Positions 38,655 through 53,406 of a DNA stretch of 64,000 nt are shown in pieces. Under the pieces are notes generated by a model. It did not search any database. It was given only the letters and a program-made list of their open reading frames with translations, and had not been told where the DNA came from. Where the stretch lies: NCBI GenBank assembly GCA_002245135.1, contig NGBS01000002.1, positions 310,001 through 374,000 on the forward strand. Reading direction: 5' to 3'. The translations under genes and the position numbers were made by a program. Numbering within the stretch: position 1 is the first letter of the stretch; each line of letters starts with the position of its first letter. Source of the stretch: Proteromonas lacertae. Lineage: Eukaryota.

Positions 38655-40280
38655 TTATCTAGGTTTAGGAATATGAAAATCTTTCCCAACAAGAGGTGAA
38701 GAAAAGTAATGACTAGCAATAGTTGAATAATCTCTTTTAGCTGTATAATGATATAATGGAGTTGAATTATTATCATAATTATTACTTGAAGAATAATTCA
38801 TATTATTCTCTTTTTCTTTCTTTTTCTCTTCTTCTTCTTTGACATTATTCTTTTCTTCTTCTACTTTTATTTTTTTATATTTCTCAATTGATCTAAACTA
38901 GTTAATATTTTAGCATGTTGTTTATTTTTATATACATTCCCTTTATTATTACTATATTCATTATTAAAGTATGGCGATTTGATATATTTATTGACATTAT
39001 TGTTTCTATTAGTGGTTTTTGATTTAATTGGTGATTTAATGATATTATTATTATTATTATTATTATTAGGTTTAATAATTTGATTTTCATACTTAGGAAC
39101 AAAATCAAAATTCAATTTTGATTGAATTGTTCTTTTTTTATTATCATTTAAAGTTAAATTATCATATTTATTATCCTTTAATGAATAAGTATGTTGAAAT
39201 GGCAATTTAGAGATAGGATCAATCAAGCACATTGCAAGTTTCTTTGATATATCATCAGGTAAAGATCTACCTATATAATCATGTTTTATATTAGTTGTAT
39301 TAGTTTCAAATGGAGTTAAAGGAACAGTTTTCTATATTCAAAATAATAAATATTAATACAAATGTTCTAGGATCAATCACATATTGATGATGAAATGTAA
39401 ACACAGCATTATGAAATGCTTCAAAATAAGAGTCAGTGCAATTATATTTTACTCTCAAGATATTGAATATTCCTTCTAGATCTTTCCCTTGATGAATGAT
39501 CTTTATTGCTGTTTTCAATCCAATACCTGGAGGTGATGGAGCATAGTCACATCCACTCAATACACACGCCCATAGTATCTGCTCATCACTGAAGTCATTG
39601 AAGGGTAAATCATTAACATAAATATCAGATTTTCGATATTCATCTACATAATATTCGCTATCTAGTTTAAATAAGACGTGTGGACATAAATATGGGATTG
39701 AATCACTATCTTCAGTGAGAATTATGTCGATTATTTGATTTCTTATTAAATAGGCTAGCTGTGCATCTGCTTCATAGGGTGCTACGATAAATGGAATGCC
39801 TTTATCATGGAGGGACTATTTATATAAATAATAAATTATAAATCTATACTATTACCCAATTATTACACATTTCTGGAGTTACATCTATAGATGCTAATAA
39901 AGTGCTTTTGGCATTATAATAATCTCCGTTTTTTAATAATTCTATTCCTTTTTTATATGCTGTTTTTCTATGATTCTCTCTTTCCTCCTCAGTGATTTTC
40001 TTTTGTGGTAAATAATCACCATCAAATACAACAAATGGTTTAATTCCATAATTTCTTAGATCTTCTATCCTTTGCATGCAATAATCAACATATCTATCCA
40101 TAAATGAATCAATTTATACTTCAATGTATTACTTCCAGTAGCTAATTCAATACTGCAAGTCGTTAAAGATTTATGCAACCACACATAGCCATCAATCCCT
40201 ATTACTTTTGATCTAAAATCAGATATGTGTGCTCTTCGCATAATAGGTTTTATTAATGGTAATAATCCTTGAATTCCCAT
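38655..40280 (-). CDS. EXO1: Exonuclease 1 (XPG/FEN1 family); C-terminus has an apparent frameshift near 38870
   Basis: MGIQGLLPLIK, GIDGYVWLHK, VFDGDYLP, VAPYEADAQLAYL, TEDSDS, SGCDY and GIGLKTA across several short introns. Confidence 0.9.
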
Positions 40281-40449
40281 TTCACAAATACGATTAAATG
40301 TGAATGGCGCGAAATAATCAACTCTCTTTCAATTTAAATATTACAGCGATTAGATGATTATAATTATTCTATTGCATCTTTATATTGTTTATTATATCAG
40401 ATAAATATTGAATCAACAAGAATATACAGTAAATCAAAGAAATTTTAAT

Positions 40450-41213
40450 TTAATTATATTTAGTTACTTCATTCAACCATGGAACTGGATGTTCAGTATT
40501 GTCAAGAGATGCTTTATCAGTATTTACACTTTTAGCTCTTCTATCTGAAGCAATATATGCTTTGTACCATCCTAAAGTAGCAAAATTATCCATAAATGAA
40601 GATAATTTTGGGAATTTATCAAATATCTTTGGACATAATCTATAACCCATGTATAATACATCAAATAAACAAATCTAGATAAAAGATAGATAACGAAGAT
40701 AGAATATACATCAGCAACAGATATTTTATTTCCAACAAAGTAATCTCCTTCATTTTTACTCTTTAATGTCTCAAAATAATCACACCAAGTTGGTAATGTT
40801 GTTTCTTGAAAATGCTTTACAGCTTCCATAGCTTTTTCATTATATACTACTGCAAAGTATGCTTTTTTCAAATCTTCACATCCATCTAGTAATATATCAA
40901 TTCTAACTTCTTCATTTTCATTTGAACCGTATAAATCATATACTCTACCATAGTGTCTAACAATCGACATTGACTGTACCATACACATTCCATCTTCCTC
41001 AACTAATGGACATTGACTAAACGCCAATTTTGTTTTTGTGTTTTCTTCTTTGAATTTTAACCATTCTGGTCTTGTTAATCTATTAAATTTTGTTATATTT
41101 ATATAATTTTTATACTTTGCTTGCTCATATTTTTGTCCAGCACATTCAAGTACTAATCTAATACATTCAACTCTGGATCTAGCATCAAAATAAGTGATCT
41201 TGATATTTGGCGT
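40450..41213 (-). CDS. Glutathione S-transferase (sigma/pi/mu-like), no in-frame ATG found
   Basis: (ACG)PNIKITYFDARSRVECIRLVL, LAFSQCPLVE, QSMSIVRHYGR, LYGSNE and YFVGNKISVAD. Two GT-AG introns. Confidence 0.85.
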
Positions 41214-41272
41214 AGCGGATGAGTTATTATTTAAATTTTAGATTTGGGTTATTGAAAAATGTAGATTTTTTA

Positions 41273-41311
41273 TTCTAGAAAAAAACTTGGCTTGAGATAT
41301 TTCTTCTAGAA
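41273..41311. promoter_or_regulatory. Two TTCTAGAA heat-shock-element-like palindromes flanking a TCAAGCCAAGTTT word in the GST/Hsp60 divergent promoter
   Basis: TTCTAGAA at 41273-41280 and 41304-41311 (TTCnnGAA units) just upstream of Hsp60. Confidence 0.5.
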
Positions 41312-41325
41312 ATTCTATTTGCATT

Positions 41326-43153
<1,828 letters not shown>

Positions 43154-43290
43154 GAAATTCATTTCACAACTAAATTTTTACTTTATTTTTTTTGTTACTT
43201 ACAATGTTGTTAGTTTTTTGATAAATTAAGTGAGAAAATGAAAAAAAAGAAATTTACTAGCCGTTAACTTTTATTATTTTTCTAATTTCT

Positions 43291-43956
43291 ATGCAAATAA
43301 ATGTATTTAGAGATATAACAAACTCATCAAGTCATTTAAATAGTCCATTCAATGTTAGTGTGAAAAGAGTGAGATCTATAGAAACAGATACAGAAAATAC
43401 ATACTTAGAACCAGCATTAAAAAGGAATAACATATTTATTAACTCAAATAATGATGTAAAAGGTGTAAAAAATATAAATAAACAGAAAAATGCAGTTAAT
43501 ATTATATCTTCATGGTATTTAGTGATATCAAGGAAGAATAAGATGAAAAAATATAGCAACGCAGTTAAAATAATAGAAAGATATAGATATGGTAAGAAAA
43601 TAAAGAGATTATATAGAAGAGCTTTAATTAAACAGCAGTTGTTAATGATTAAATCATGTGTCATAAAAATTCAACAATGGTATAGATACATCAAAGAAAG
43701 AAAGAAGAGATTAGGAGAGATAAAGCTGTTTTTAGAATTTCAGAATTTAATTATTCATTTTCAAGCACATATAAGAGGAAGGAATGTCAGAAAGAGGAAA
43801 TTACTGAATGAATATTCTCTTATTGCAGACCAAAACCAATCTCCAGAGGAAAACACTAAAAGTGATATAACAAATAATAATCTGATTGAAATATCAAATA
43901 TAATAGTTGATCCTTTATTAGGTGTGTCAAGATTATCATTAGCTATTCAACAGCTG

Positions 43957-43993
<37 letters not shown>

Positions 43994-44562
43994 TCACTCC
44001 TTTATCTACACCTACTGCAGAAATGATGAGACAATTTAATGAATTAGATATTGATAAAGATGAAAATGAGAATGATGATGATAGTTATTCATATAAACAT
44101 ATAAATTGTTATAGTCCTACAATTCATCTAAGTACACATACAGATAATATTATTACAGATGACTATACTATAGATAATACTAATAAAAGATGTAGTATCT
44201 GGGATGAAGTTATTGATAAAGCAATAGATTCCAGTGAAGGAATAATTAATAAATCAAATAGAATATGTTGGAAATATGATTTGTATATTTTAATCATTTC
44301 TATATTTTTTGTAGAATAAATGATGATGAAGAGAAAGAAAGACATGAACCTAACCCAGTTATTTCTGTAAAACCAATTTACCATTCACCATCTCCTCAAA
44401 CTAAAAGAACACTTGAAAGTCAATTGAAATTACTAAAGAACCAAGAAAAAAGGGTATATAATACATACTGTTTATATAATTGAATAATAGAAAGAAAATA
44501 TATTTACTAAATCAATTATGAAGAATAAAAACAGATTTAGATTTGGTCATTTGTTTACATAA
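43291..44562 (+). CDS. IQ-motif-containing hypothetical protein
   Basis: IQ-like motifs KIQQWYR and HFQAHIRGRNVRK. Two 3' introns extend the ORF to ...FGHLFT*. Confidence 0.65.
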
Positions 44563-44674
44563 CTATTAAGTTCTTTTAATGTTATTTATGTTATGTTGTT
44601 CTTCCGTTTTGAATATTCAAAACTAATCATAAATGCTTATATTCACTATTATCTAACATTAATCAAAATAGATT

Positions 44675-44690
44675 ATCAAGCCAAGTTTAT
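44675..44690 (+). promoter_or_regulatory. Recurrent promoter word ATCAAGCCAAGTTTAT upstream of SRSF7
   Basis: Lies 33 nt upstream of the ATG at 44723 and is identical to 13531-13546. Confidence 0.6.
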
Positions 44691-44722
44691 AATTCATTTT
44701 TCTTATTTAATATAATACCAAA

Positions 44723-45677
44723 ATGTCTGCTTCAGATAAAAAGTACGCTTAAAATAAACTCATTGTTGTATTGCTAGATTATATATTGGTGACTTAAATG
44801 CAGATTTAACAGAGAGTGTTCTAGAAAAAGAATTTTCAAAGTTCGGACCAGTAGAAAGCATTTGGACAGCAAAAAATCCTCCTGGATTTGGTTTTGTAAC
44901 ATTTAAAAGTTCAGAGGATGCTACTAAAGCTTTAAGAGAAATGAATGGAGCTTCTATACTAAGCAGAAAAATAAGGGTGGAATATTCAAGATCATCAGAT
45001 AAAAAATCACAAAAATGTTATGAATGTGGAAGAGTATAATAGTTTTATATGATAATTATTCTATAACTTATTTCTAGGTTGGACATTTTGCTCGTGACTG
45101 TCCAGACAGACGTTCTTATAGTCGTAGTAGCAGTAGCAGTAGTTATAGTTCCTCTCCCAGTAGAGGCAGACATAGTAGTCATCATGGTAAACATCGAAGT
45201 CATCGAAGTAGAAGTCGAGGTCATCATCGTAGTCGACATTATTCTTCATCAAGATCTAGATCATCTGATGAAAGTCCGTCAACATCGAGATCTCGTTCTA
45301 GAAGAAGATCTAATTCTTCTGATTCAGGTGATAGACATCATCGCCATCATGATTCTAGAAGTGAAAGTAAAAATAATAGTAAATCTCCATCACCAAAACC
45401 CTCTTCTCCTCCTACAAAAGAAAAATCTTCAGACAATACAAAAACATCATCTTCTCCCAAATCTTCACATTCTCGATCATCTGAAAAGACTAAAACTACG
45501 AGTAAAGATAAGAAAAATGAAGAATCTCCCAAAAAGAAGAGTGAGAGTAAAGCTAGTAAATCAGCTTCATCATGTAGAAGTCGTTCCGGTAGTTTAAGTT
45601 CTAGATCTGCATCTAGATCAAGATCTAGTAGTGGTAGTTCCGGTAGTTCAAGATCTTCTTCAAGATCTAAGTCATAG
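44723..45677 (+). CDS. SRSF7: SR splicing factor with RRM, CCHC zinc knuckle and RS domain (9G8/RSZ type)
   Basis: LYIGDL, WTAKNPPGFGFVTF, KCYECGR|VGHFARDCP and an RS tail. Two introns. The true frame is missing from the ORF track. Confidence 0.88.
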
Positions 45678-45796
45678 AAAATATTAAATTCTTTTTTACT
45701 GTTATATTATATTATAATCTCATTTTTGTTACTTTTTATTCAAATGTGAAAGTACTCCCTCCAAAAGAAACATATAAACTAACAATAACTCAATCA

Positions 45797-46917
45797 TTAT
45801 GTTACTTTTCTCGATACATTGGTATATCCTATACCTACACAGGAAAATATCAATGTATTATCATCTTCCTTAATTTTAAAAGTAATTCCAAAAAAATCTT
45901 TCAAATGTCTAATATATTGAACTGTATATTTCGATAATTTACCAATTCGAATTTTTGATACATCTTCTGGACATAATACCATCAATAATAAAGCTAAGGA
46001 TTGTAAAGAAGTATCAACACATCCTCTTTTGTTTATTTCTTCTAATAATAATTTTGCTGCATATTCACCTATATCTTCAGGAGTAGAACCAGCTTCAGCA
46101 TAATATTCTGCACTATATAAAACACCTTCTGTAGTTTCAGCTATTAAATTCATTCCATAACCACTACTATTACCTCCTTCTTTACCTTTAAAATGATCAG
46201 AAAATATATAAACATCAGATAATAAATTATTAAATACATTTCTAGCTTTATCGATCATTCTATTACTGATTTGGGGACTTACTCTGGTACTATAAGCTGT
46301 TCCTCTTATTCTCTTTATTAAACCTTCTTCTAACATATTTATACTACTTAAACTTCTAACACAAGGACAACTCAATATTACTTCACCTCCTCCTTCAGGT
46401 GGTGCACCTCTTACTTTGATTGATAAATTCAAACCTTCATTTATTCCATATTTTGATAGAAAAGGTAACATTACACTTTTTATTGTATCTACACTTAAAT
46501 CGGTGTTATCGTTTGTAATTCCAATAAATGATATTTGGGATGGATTCTTGCCAAATATTAATAATGGAATCACTCCTTCTAGATAGTAACCAATACTTCT
46601 TGAAGTTCCACAATCAAATGCGATTTTTCCTCCTGTGATAAATCCAGGAATTAATTTTATATTTGTTCCAGTTTCATTGATTGATATTTGGGATCCATTT
46701 GATATCTTTTCTATTAACTTTAAAAAGTTTGATTCATAATCTATTCATAACATAATCTAGTAGACAAATACCTTTAACACCTGGTTCTTCATCTGAGTCT
46801 CGAATTTTAGAAATCTGAATAGTCTTTCCACTGAGTATGGAGCAGACAATTCTCTGTCTAAAGTTTGCACCTATTAAATAAAAATAAATTACAAATACAC
46901 CCTTGGAACTTCAGCAT
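45797..46917 (-). CDS. RCL1: RNA 3'-terminal phosphate cyclase-like protein
   Basis: MLKFQGCANFRQRIVCSILSGK, RSIGYYLE, GITND, RGAPPEGGGEV and CVGIGYTNVSRKVT. Two introns. Confidence 0.92.
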
Positions 46918-46999
46918 TTGCGGAATGATAAATAAAAAGTTTGTTAGAGTCAAGCTTAAAATAATTATAAAATATGTTTAAAAATAAAAGTTATATTAA

Positions 47000-47773
47000 T
47001 TATTCAACATTTACATATTCTTCTGTAATATAAAATGTTTCTAAGAATGATTTTAATTCTGATTTATCTATATTTTCTTTTACAGTTATTAATTCATTTA
47101 AATTATCAAATTCTTCTTCACTTTCATCTAATTCATTTCCTATCTATCTCTTTTAGTGGTTTATAATATTTTAATCCTTTTTCACTCAATATCTTTTCAC
47201 ATAATATAATATTTATTAAATACCATATAATCTCCATTCCTTCATATCCATTAAACTCTTCAGGGTTTGATAATTTACATCTCCGTTTTCATTATCATTT
47301 CTCAATGTATTTATAAATAAATCACATATCTTTACATTCTCATATATATCATCATTTTCTACTACATATACCACATTTGAACTCTTCAAATTACCTATTA
47401 CTATATCATATTCACTCATAATCATCAAAATATTACATAATCTACATATCACATTAATAATCTCACAACTTGACAAACATTCACACTTTAATAAATCTTC
47501 TAAATCTCCTGAATAATAATTTCTTCTTAATAAAACTACATTATCACCGATTATTTCACTATAACATGAATATATCATCTCACAACAACATTCTGACAAT
47601 AATGAGTTTACTTCGAAGAATTCTTTTATTCTTTTTTCTTTAACATTTTCTAAATTTAATATCTTAACCATTTTCATATCATTTTGATCTTCTAATACTA
47701 AACCTACTTCATTCTCGCCTTTTTCAACACTTTCTTTTATCTATTGTTTATAAATCAATTAGAATACTTCCAT
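47000..47773 (-). pseudogene. Degenerate protein-kinase-like gene remnant
   Basis: YYSGDLEDLL, IVIGNLKSSNVV (HRDLK-like) and VKICDLF (DFG-like). Frameshifts and stops follow ~47230. Confidence 0.55.
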
Positions 47774-47876
47774 TTCACATGATAATAACGAATTTATATA
47801 GCTATTAACATAAAAATCAAACATTTTTAAAGAGTTTCAAAATATTTAGTCGTTTCAATTTTAGATTTCTTTTTGA

Positions 47877-48683
47877 ATGAAGTTGATTATCTTAATCAGT
47901 TTAATTTGTATTGTATTTTCAGCACCATTTGATTATGAAAGAGCATCTGCTGAATATAGAATTACGTATTTTAATTCAAAAGGAAGAGCAGAAGCCATTA
48001 GGTATTTTCTTTTCTTGCTACTTTAGACTTGTATTAGAATTGTCAGGAAAAAAATATGAAAGCAATGTGTATAAGTTGTATTGAATAATATAATTAATAG
48101 ATTTGAAGGATCTGAATGGCCAGACATAAAAAAGAGGTTATATGATGATGGTAGTTTAGCATATGGAAGTGTTCCTATGTTAGAAAACAATGGAAATAAG
48201 ATAGTTCAGAGTCTTGCAATTGGTAGATATCTGGGAAGACAGTATAATTCTGTTAGTAATTTATGTTTAGATTAAATCTATATGGATCTAATGATGATGA
48301 AAAATGGCAAATTGATGTTTTATTAGATGGAACGAATGATTTGAGAGTGTTTTATTATAATGTAGTATTTGGTGGAACAGAAGAATCTCAAAAGAAATTT
48401 AAGAGTATCACCATATATAACATACTATTATTATATAGCTGAAACTGCTCCATTATGGTTAGGTCATTTTGAAAGATTGAAACAAAAGAATGAAGGTGAT
48501 TGGTTTGTTGGAAAGACTCCTTCAATAGCAGATTGCTATTTATATGATATATTGGATGTAATGAATTCATATATACCTGGAATAATGGATAACTATCCTA
48601 AATTAAAGAAATTCATGAAGTCCTTTGTAGAATTACCAAATATTGATTCTTATATGAAGTCTGATAGAAGATTAAACCATTAG
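47877..48683 (+). CDS. Glutathione S-transferase with N-terminal signal peptide
   Basis: MKLIILISLICIVFSA then YRITYFNSKGRAEAIRLVL, LAYGSVPMLE, QSLAIGRYLGR and WFVGKTPSIAD. Four GT-AG introns, including 48002-48026 and 48242-48270. Confidence 0.85.
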
Positions 48684-48803
48684 TTATATTAAATGTTATT
48701 CCAGTACATTCATTTCTTTTTTTTTTGATTAATACCAAATACTACAACATAATAGTTTAACATTATTAACAATAAATACCTAATTATTAGCTTGTTATTG
48801 CTT

Positions 48804-49271
48804 TTAACCTAAAATCGGATTAGTAACGACTGTAGGAGAAGGATTTCCACTAGTATAATTTCTATTCATGTCATCATCCTCATGATCATCGCTATTTCTA
48901 CTGTTATTTATATAAATCAGTTCTGTGTTAGTATTTCTGTTATTACTACTATTTTCAGACACAACTTCTGTTCTTTTGCTTCTTGGAGCTTCAATTACAT
49001 ATCCAGATGTTTCAATATGCATCTTAAAACTATATATATAATAAAAGTGAAAATATTACTTGTAAGTTTCAAGTAAATCCTTCAATACTCTATCACTTAG
49101 TGTGATTTTATATTCTCTTTTAATAGTGCTTAATAATCTTTGTAAATGTTTTATTTCGTACAAACCTTTACTTGGATTAAAACTAGCAAGATGTTCTTTA
49201 GTTGCTTTTCTAAGCCATTTTATAATTAATTCTTCATTTTTAGGATATCTTAGTTTTGCAAAAGATGGCAT
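48804..49271 (-). CDS. Hypothetical protein (~145 aa, 2 exons)
   Basis: A 30-nt GT-AG intron near 49030-49059 joins the 71-aa and 72-aa ORFs in frame. Confidence 0.6.
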
Positions 49272-49853
49272 ATAAAATCAACTTTTTTAAAAAGAAAAGA
49301 TTTTCTAAAAAATATCCGTTTTTACTGAAATAATATAAAATCTATATTATTGAGAAGTAAAATTCAACATTATGACTGTATATAGTGTGTATGATACATC
49401 GTGACAATATATTTTAACAACGGTTGGGTGATATATTATCATCAGAACTGTATAAATAACTATATAGCCTATGTACTGTTTTATAATTGAATCAACCAAC
49501 AGAATAAAGTATTTATGATTATATAATGTGAGGGAGAAAATATTTTAAAATTTGGTCATTCAAAAACATTTTCATACCCCTATTAGAAATGAAAAATTGA
49601 AAAATTTAAAATGTATGTATATATATAACTTATGCTGTTTTTAAACACTTCTTATTGTTATATGGATTATATGCGTAATAATCTAATAAATATTTAGATC
49701 AGAGAAGAATAATCCATAAATATTATCATAAAATAACAGAGAAGTATTACTCAAATTATGTATTCTTTCTATTCTTTATGATAAATTTTATTTATATACC
49801 CTATATAGAAACAAATACTAATCAAAAATAAGATATCCATATTTTAAAGGAAT

Positions 49854-51227
49854 TTACAAAATTGTATAATAAGAAGTATAATTGCATAAAAGCTTATGCT
49901 TAGCTAAATCCATATGTCTCTTATATATACAAAAGCATTTATCACATATAATCAAAGGAGGATTTACAGTATCGTACTTCTGCAATTCGGTTTCTATATA
50001 CATATTCCTAATTACACGTTTGAATGTTGATTCAATATATTCATCTTTATATACAAATGAGGGTTTCATTTTAGTTATACCTATACACATAGATTTTATA
50101 TATCCACTAAATGAGTATGATTGTTTTCTATCACTTTTATACCATTCATAAAAGACTTTAAAAGGTATTTCGTCGTTTGAAAAAGTATCTAATTGATCTA
50201 CTAACAAAAACGAGCTAAAATCAGTAATAGGTTCATTTAATACAACATATATTAAATATTGCAACTGTATTCGTGTAACAGTACCGTAATCTAACTCTGA
50301 TTCTGATCTCTTTTTACTTATCCTATTATCATGATTTGTCTCATGAATATTATATCGACTATTCTCTCGATAATCGTTATTTTGTACAAATTCAAATAAA
50401 TACAATAATATTCTTCTTTCTTCTTCAACTCTTATATATTTATTTTCTAGTCTTTTTACTTTGTCATTTATAATACGGGTTAATTTACGGTATATATACT
50501 TTTGATATTTTGGTAAATTCTTTAGCATATCCACTGATTCGTTTAATTCATTCACTGCATCTCTTTGAATTACCATTCTTCTATCAATTCTTTCTATTTC
50601 ATTAAGATCATTATGACGTATTACTAACCAACGACGAACATGAGATTGAATCTTAATTATTGATTTAATTTCTTCTTTTGTATAATTATGTTTGTTTTCT
50701 AAAGATAGTTTATGAGGATAGTTTATATGACCTTTAAATAGTTTTGAATCATAATCACCATAGTACTCTTTGTCTCTTAATAACATATTTCTAATATCAG
50801 CTGATAGAAAATCTTTTGAAGATTGCTGTTTGCAGAATTCACTATAATTAATATCTTTTTCACTGAGAATAATGGATGGAAGTGTTATATTATCCTCAGA
50901 ATATTTGGGGTTCTGTTTTGAGGGTGATTGAAACTCAGCAATGTGTATTTTTCTAACAGGAGAATAGTATTTCTGGTTATATTCATCATCGGATTCGGCA
51001 TTAATTGGATATGACTTTATTCTTGGTCTAGAAGGTGATACAAATATAGGAGTGATTGGCTAATTTAAAATAGAGTAGGCTCATAATACCTTTTTATTTC
51101 TTCTACTGTAACACGAATCAGTAGTTGAACTAATGTTATCCGATTGTCCTGATACTTCTGAACTGTCCACGGAATATTTATCAGCATTATTTGACATTAT
51201 ATAAGGCACATCCAACACTTCACACAT
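49854..51227 (-). CDS. Hypothetical protein with IQ motif, EF-hand-like segment and C-terminal C2HC-like zinc finger
   Basis: KIQSHVRRWLVIR, QLDTFSNDEIPFKVFYEWY and ICDKC...HMDLAKHKLLC. One intron near 51060-51089. Start could be 51227 or 51197. Confidence 0.62.
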
Positions 51228-52691
51228 CTATTTCACTCATAATTTAAAAAGTCATATGACACTATGAGAATTCAAAACTATTTTGCAAATAGGACTTACA
51301 TACTTGACTCAAATCGGGCTTGTCTAATTTTCACTTTTATACTATTTTCTTTTCGTTTTTTCGTTATGTTGTAGTTTGAGTTTGGAAATAAAATTTTGTA
51401 TACTTACTGATATCGTGTCCTAGTTTCAAATGAGCATAAAATAACAAAAATTAATTTTTGACATTTTTTAATCAGAAGTTATATAACCATAAAAACTATT
51501 AAGAGTTGCTAAGATACACAGTTATAATGAATTTTTATTATAAAAAGTACATTCTATAAACAATCCACAGTTTAATTAGCAATTCTTTTGCTCTTTAGGA
51601 TTCATATATTTTTATAATGTCATTTACTTTAACCTATTGTGCGAAACCTTTATAAATTGTAAATTGCGTTGTTCAATTAATTTTTAATTTGAAGATTTTC
51701 GATTTCATTAAAAGGATGCACTTAATTGGTTTTATTAGTTATCAACATGTGTTAATTGTTTTGCATATTTTGTTTTATTGTTCTATGTGAAATTAGAGAA
51801 ATTAGAGATTGAAAGAGGTGTTATAAGTATAAAATGTAAAAGAATCTATTTATTGTTTAAAATAAATTATGTAGATTATATAAATTCACTTAAAATAATA
51901 GTATATACAGAGATAAAACATGATATAGTTAATACAAAAATACAAAATTTTAAGTGTATTGTCATTTACAGTAACGAATATAAATTCATAAATCACCATA
52001 AAACAGAAACAAAAAAAGAAAATCCTCAATCAGCAGATTAGATATATTTAATAAATAATTATGTTTAGATTGGTGAGTATAAATATTCGAAAACATAAGC
52101 TAATTAGATATAGTGGTGTTAATTACGATACTGTCAAACGAGAAACATGAAAATAAAATGGTAGTATATTGATAGATAATAATTTATGAGTATATTGAAA
52201 ATGAGGCTTATTTTATATAGCTTTATATTAGTAATTTAGCCTTAATAATGTTTTAGAAGTTTTAAGAATTTCTAGATTTTTAATGTCAATAACTAATTAA
52301 TATATGTGTTAGAAAAGTAGAGGATGTATAACTGTTAATATATTTTTTAGATATGTAGAAAACCATCATTGTTAACATAGAATGTAGGATATCTTGTAAA
52401 TTCTATTCTTATTTCACAGGAACAACTTACAGAGGATGTAATTTAAATATTTTTGAATACATTAGTTTATCCACATTCACTAGTCAGAAAGTAATCAGAG
52501 ATATAGTAATTGTAACATGGAACGCTAACCCTAACACCATGTAATATATAACAACAAAAATCTATTTATGATTAAAAGAATAATGTATGAGTAGTTTGTT
52601 TCATATATGTTTTTAGACCACAATCTGCAGCCCACTACAAACTGGTGTCTATATTCCTGGCTGTATAATTTTAAGCTTAACTTTTGTTAGT

Positions 52692-53406
52692 CAAATGGGA
52701 AATGGAGTATTTGAAGTTGTTTGGAAAGTGAAGATATTAACCGTAGCAAATCGTAAACAAGCAATTCAAGAAGTATTAATATTAAGAAGACTTATCCATT
52801 CCAATTTCCTTCATTATTACAACACTTTTGTAGAACAAAGTATATATATTTTAGTTTTTATGTAGAGGTTAAATATTGCAATGGAATGTATAGCAAATGG
52901 TGATTTAGATCAACTGATAGAATATATCAATTCAAAGAAAAGTATATCATCATATTATATTATGCATAGAGATTTAAAACCTTCTAACATATTTCTAGAT
53001 GAGAAAAACAACCCTAAAATTGGTGATTTATTAACTTCAGAGATATTACGAAGTGAGAAATATAATTATCCAGTGGATATTTGGTCATTAGGAGTAGTAT
53101 TATATTGTATGATGAAATTTAACTTACCTTTCAAATAATACAAAGAAATTGAATATTTAATTAGTATATTATATTATATTGTTAATAGTGTATAAAGAAA
53201 TAAAGGAATTACCATCTTGTTATAGTAATAATTTAAGAAGATGTGTAAATGGAATGTTAAAGAAAAATCAGTATGATAGATATAATGTGAATGATATGAA
53301 GCTATGTTATTCAGATCAGATTAAGGAACTATTTAATGATTCTTATAACAGTAACAATCAGTATTTAAAGGATACTATCAGTATAGAAGAGAAGAGAAGA
53401 GAATGA
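52692..53406 (+). pseudogene. NEK-like protein kinase pseudogene
   Basis: QMGNGVFEVVWKV, QAIQEVLILRRLIHSN, HRDLKPSNIFLD and VDIWSLGVVLY are present. The VAIK strand, alphaE and the DFG-APE loop are deleted, there is a frameshift at the intron and an in-frame stop at 53136. Confidence 0.75.

Noticed and set aside
48242..48275. Apparent non-canonical AT-AA intron in the second GST
   Set aside because: A canonical 29-nt GT-AG intron (48242-48270) restores the frame RQLNLYGS.
52525..52536. CTAACCCTAAC telomere-like sequence
   Set aside because: Fewer than two units, inside an exon-like relic (NANPNT); consistent with chance.
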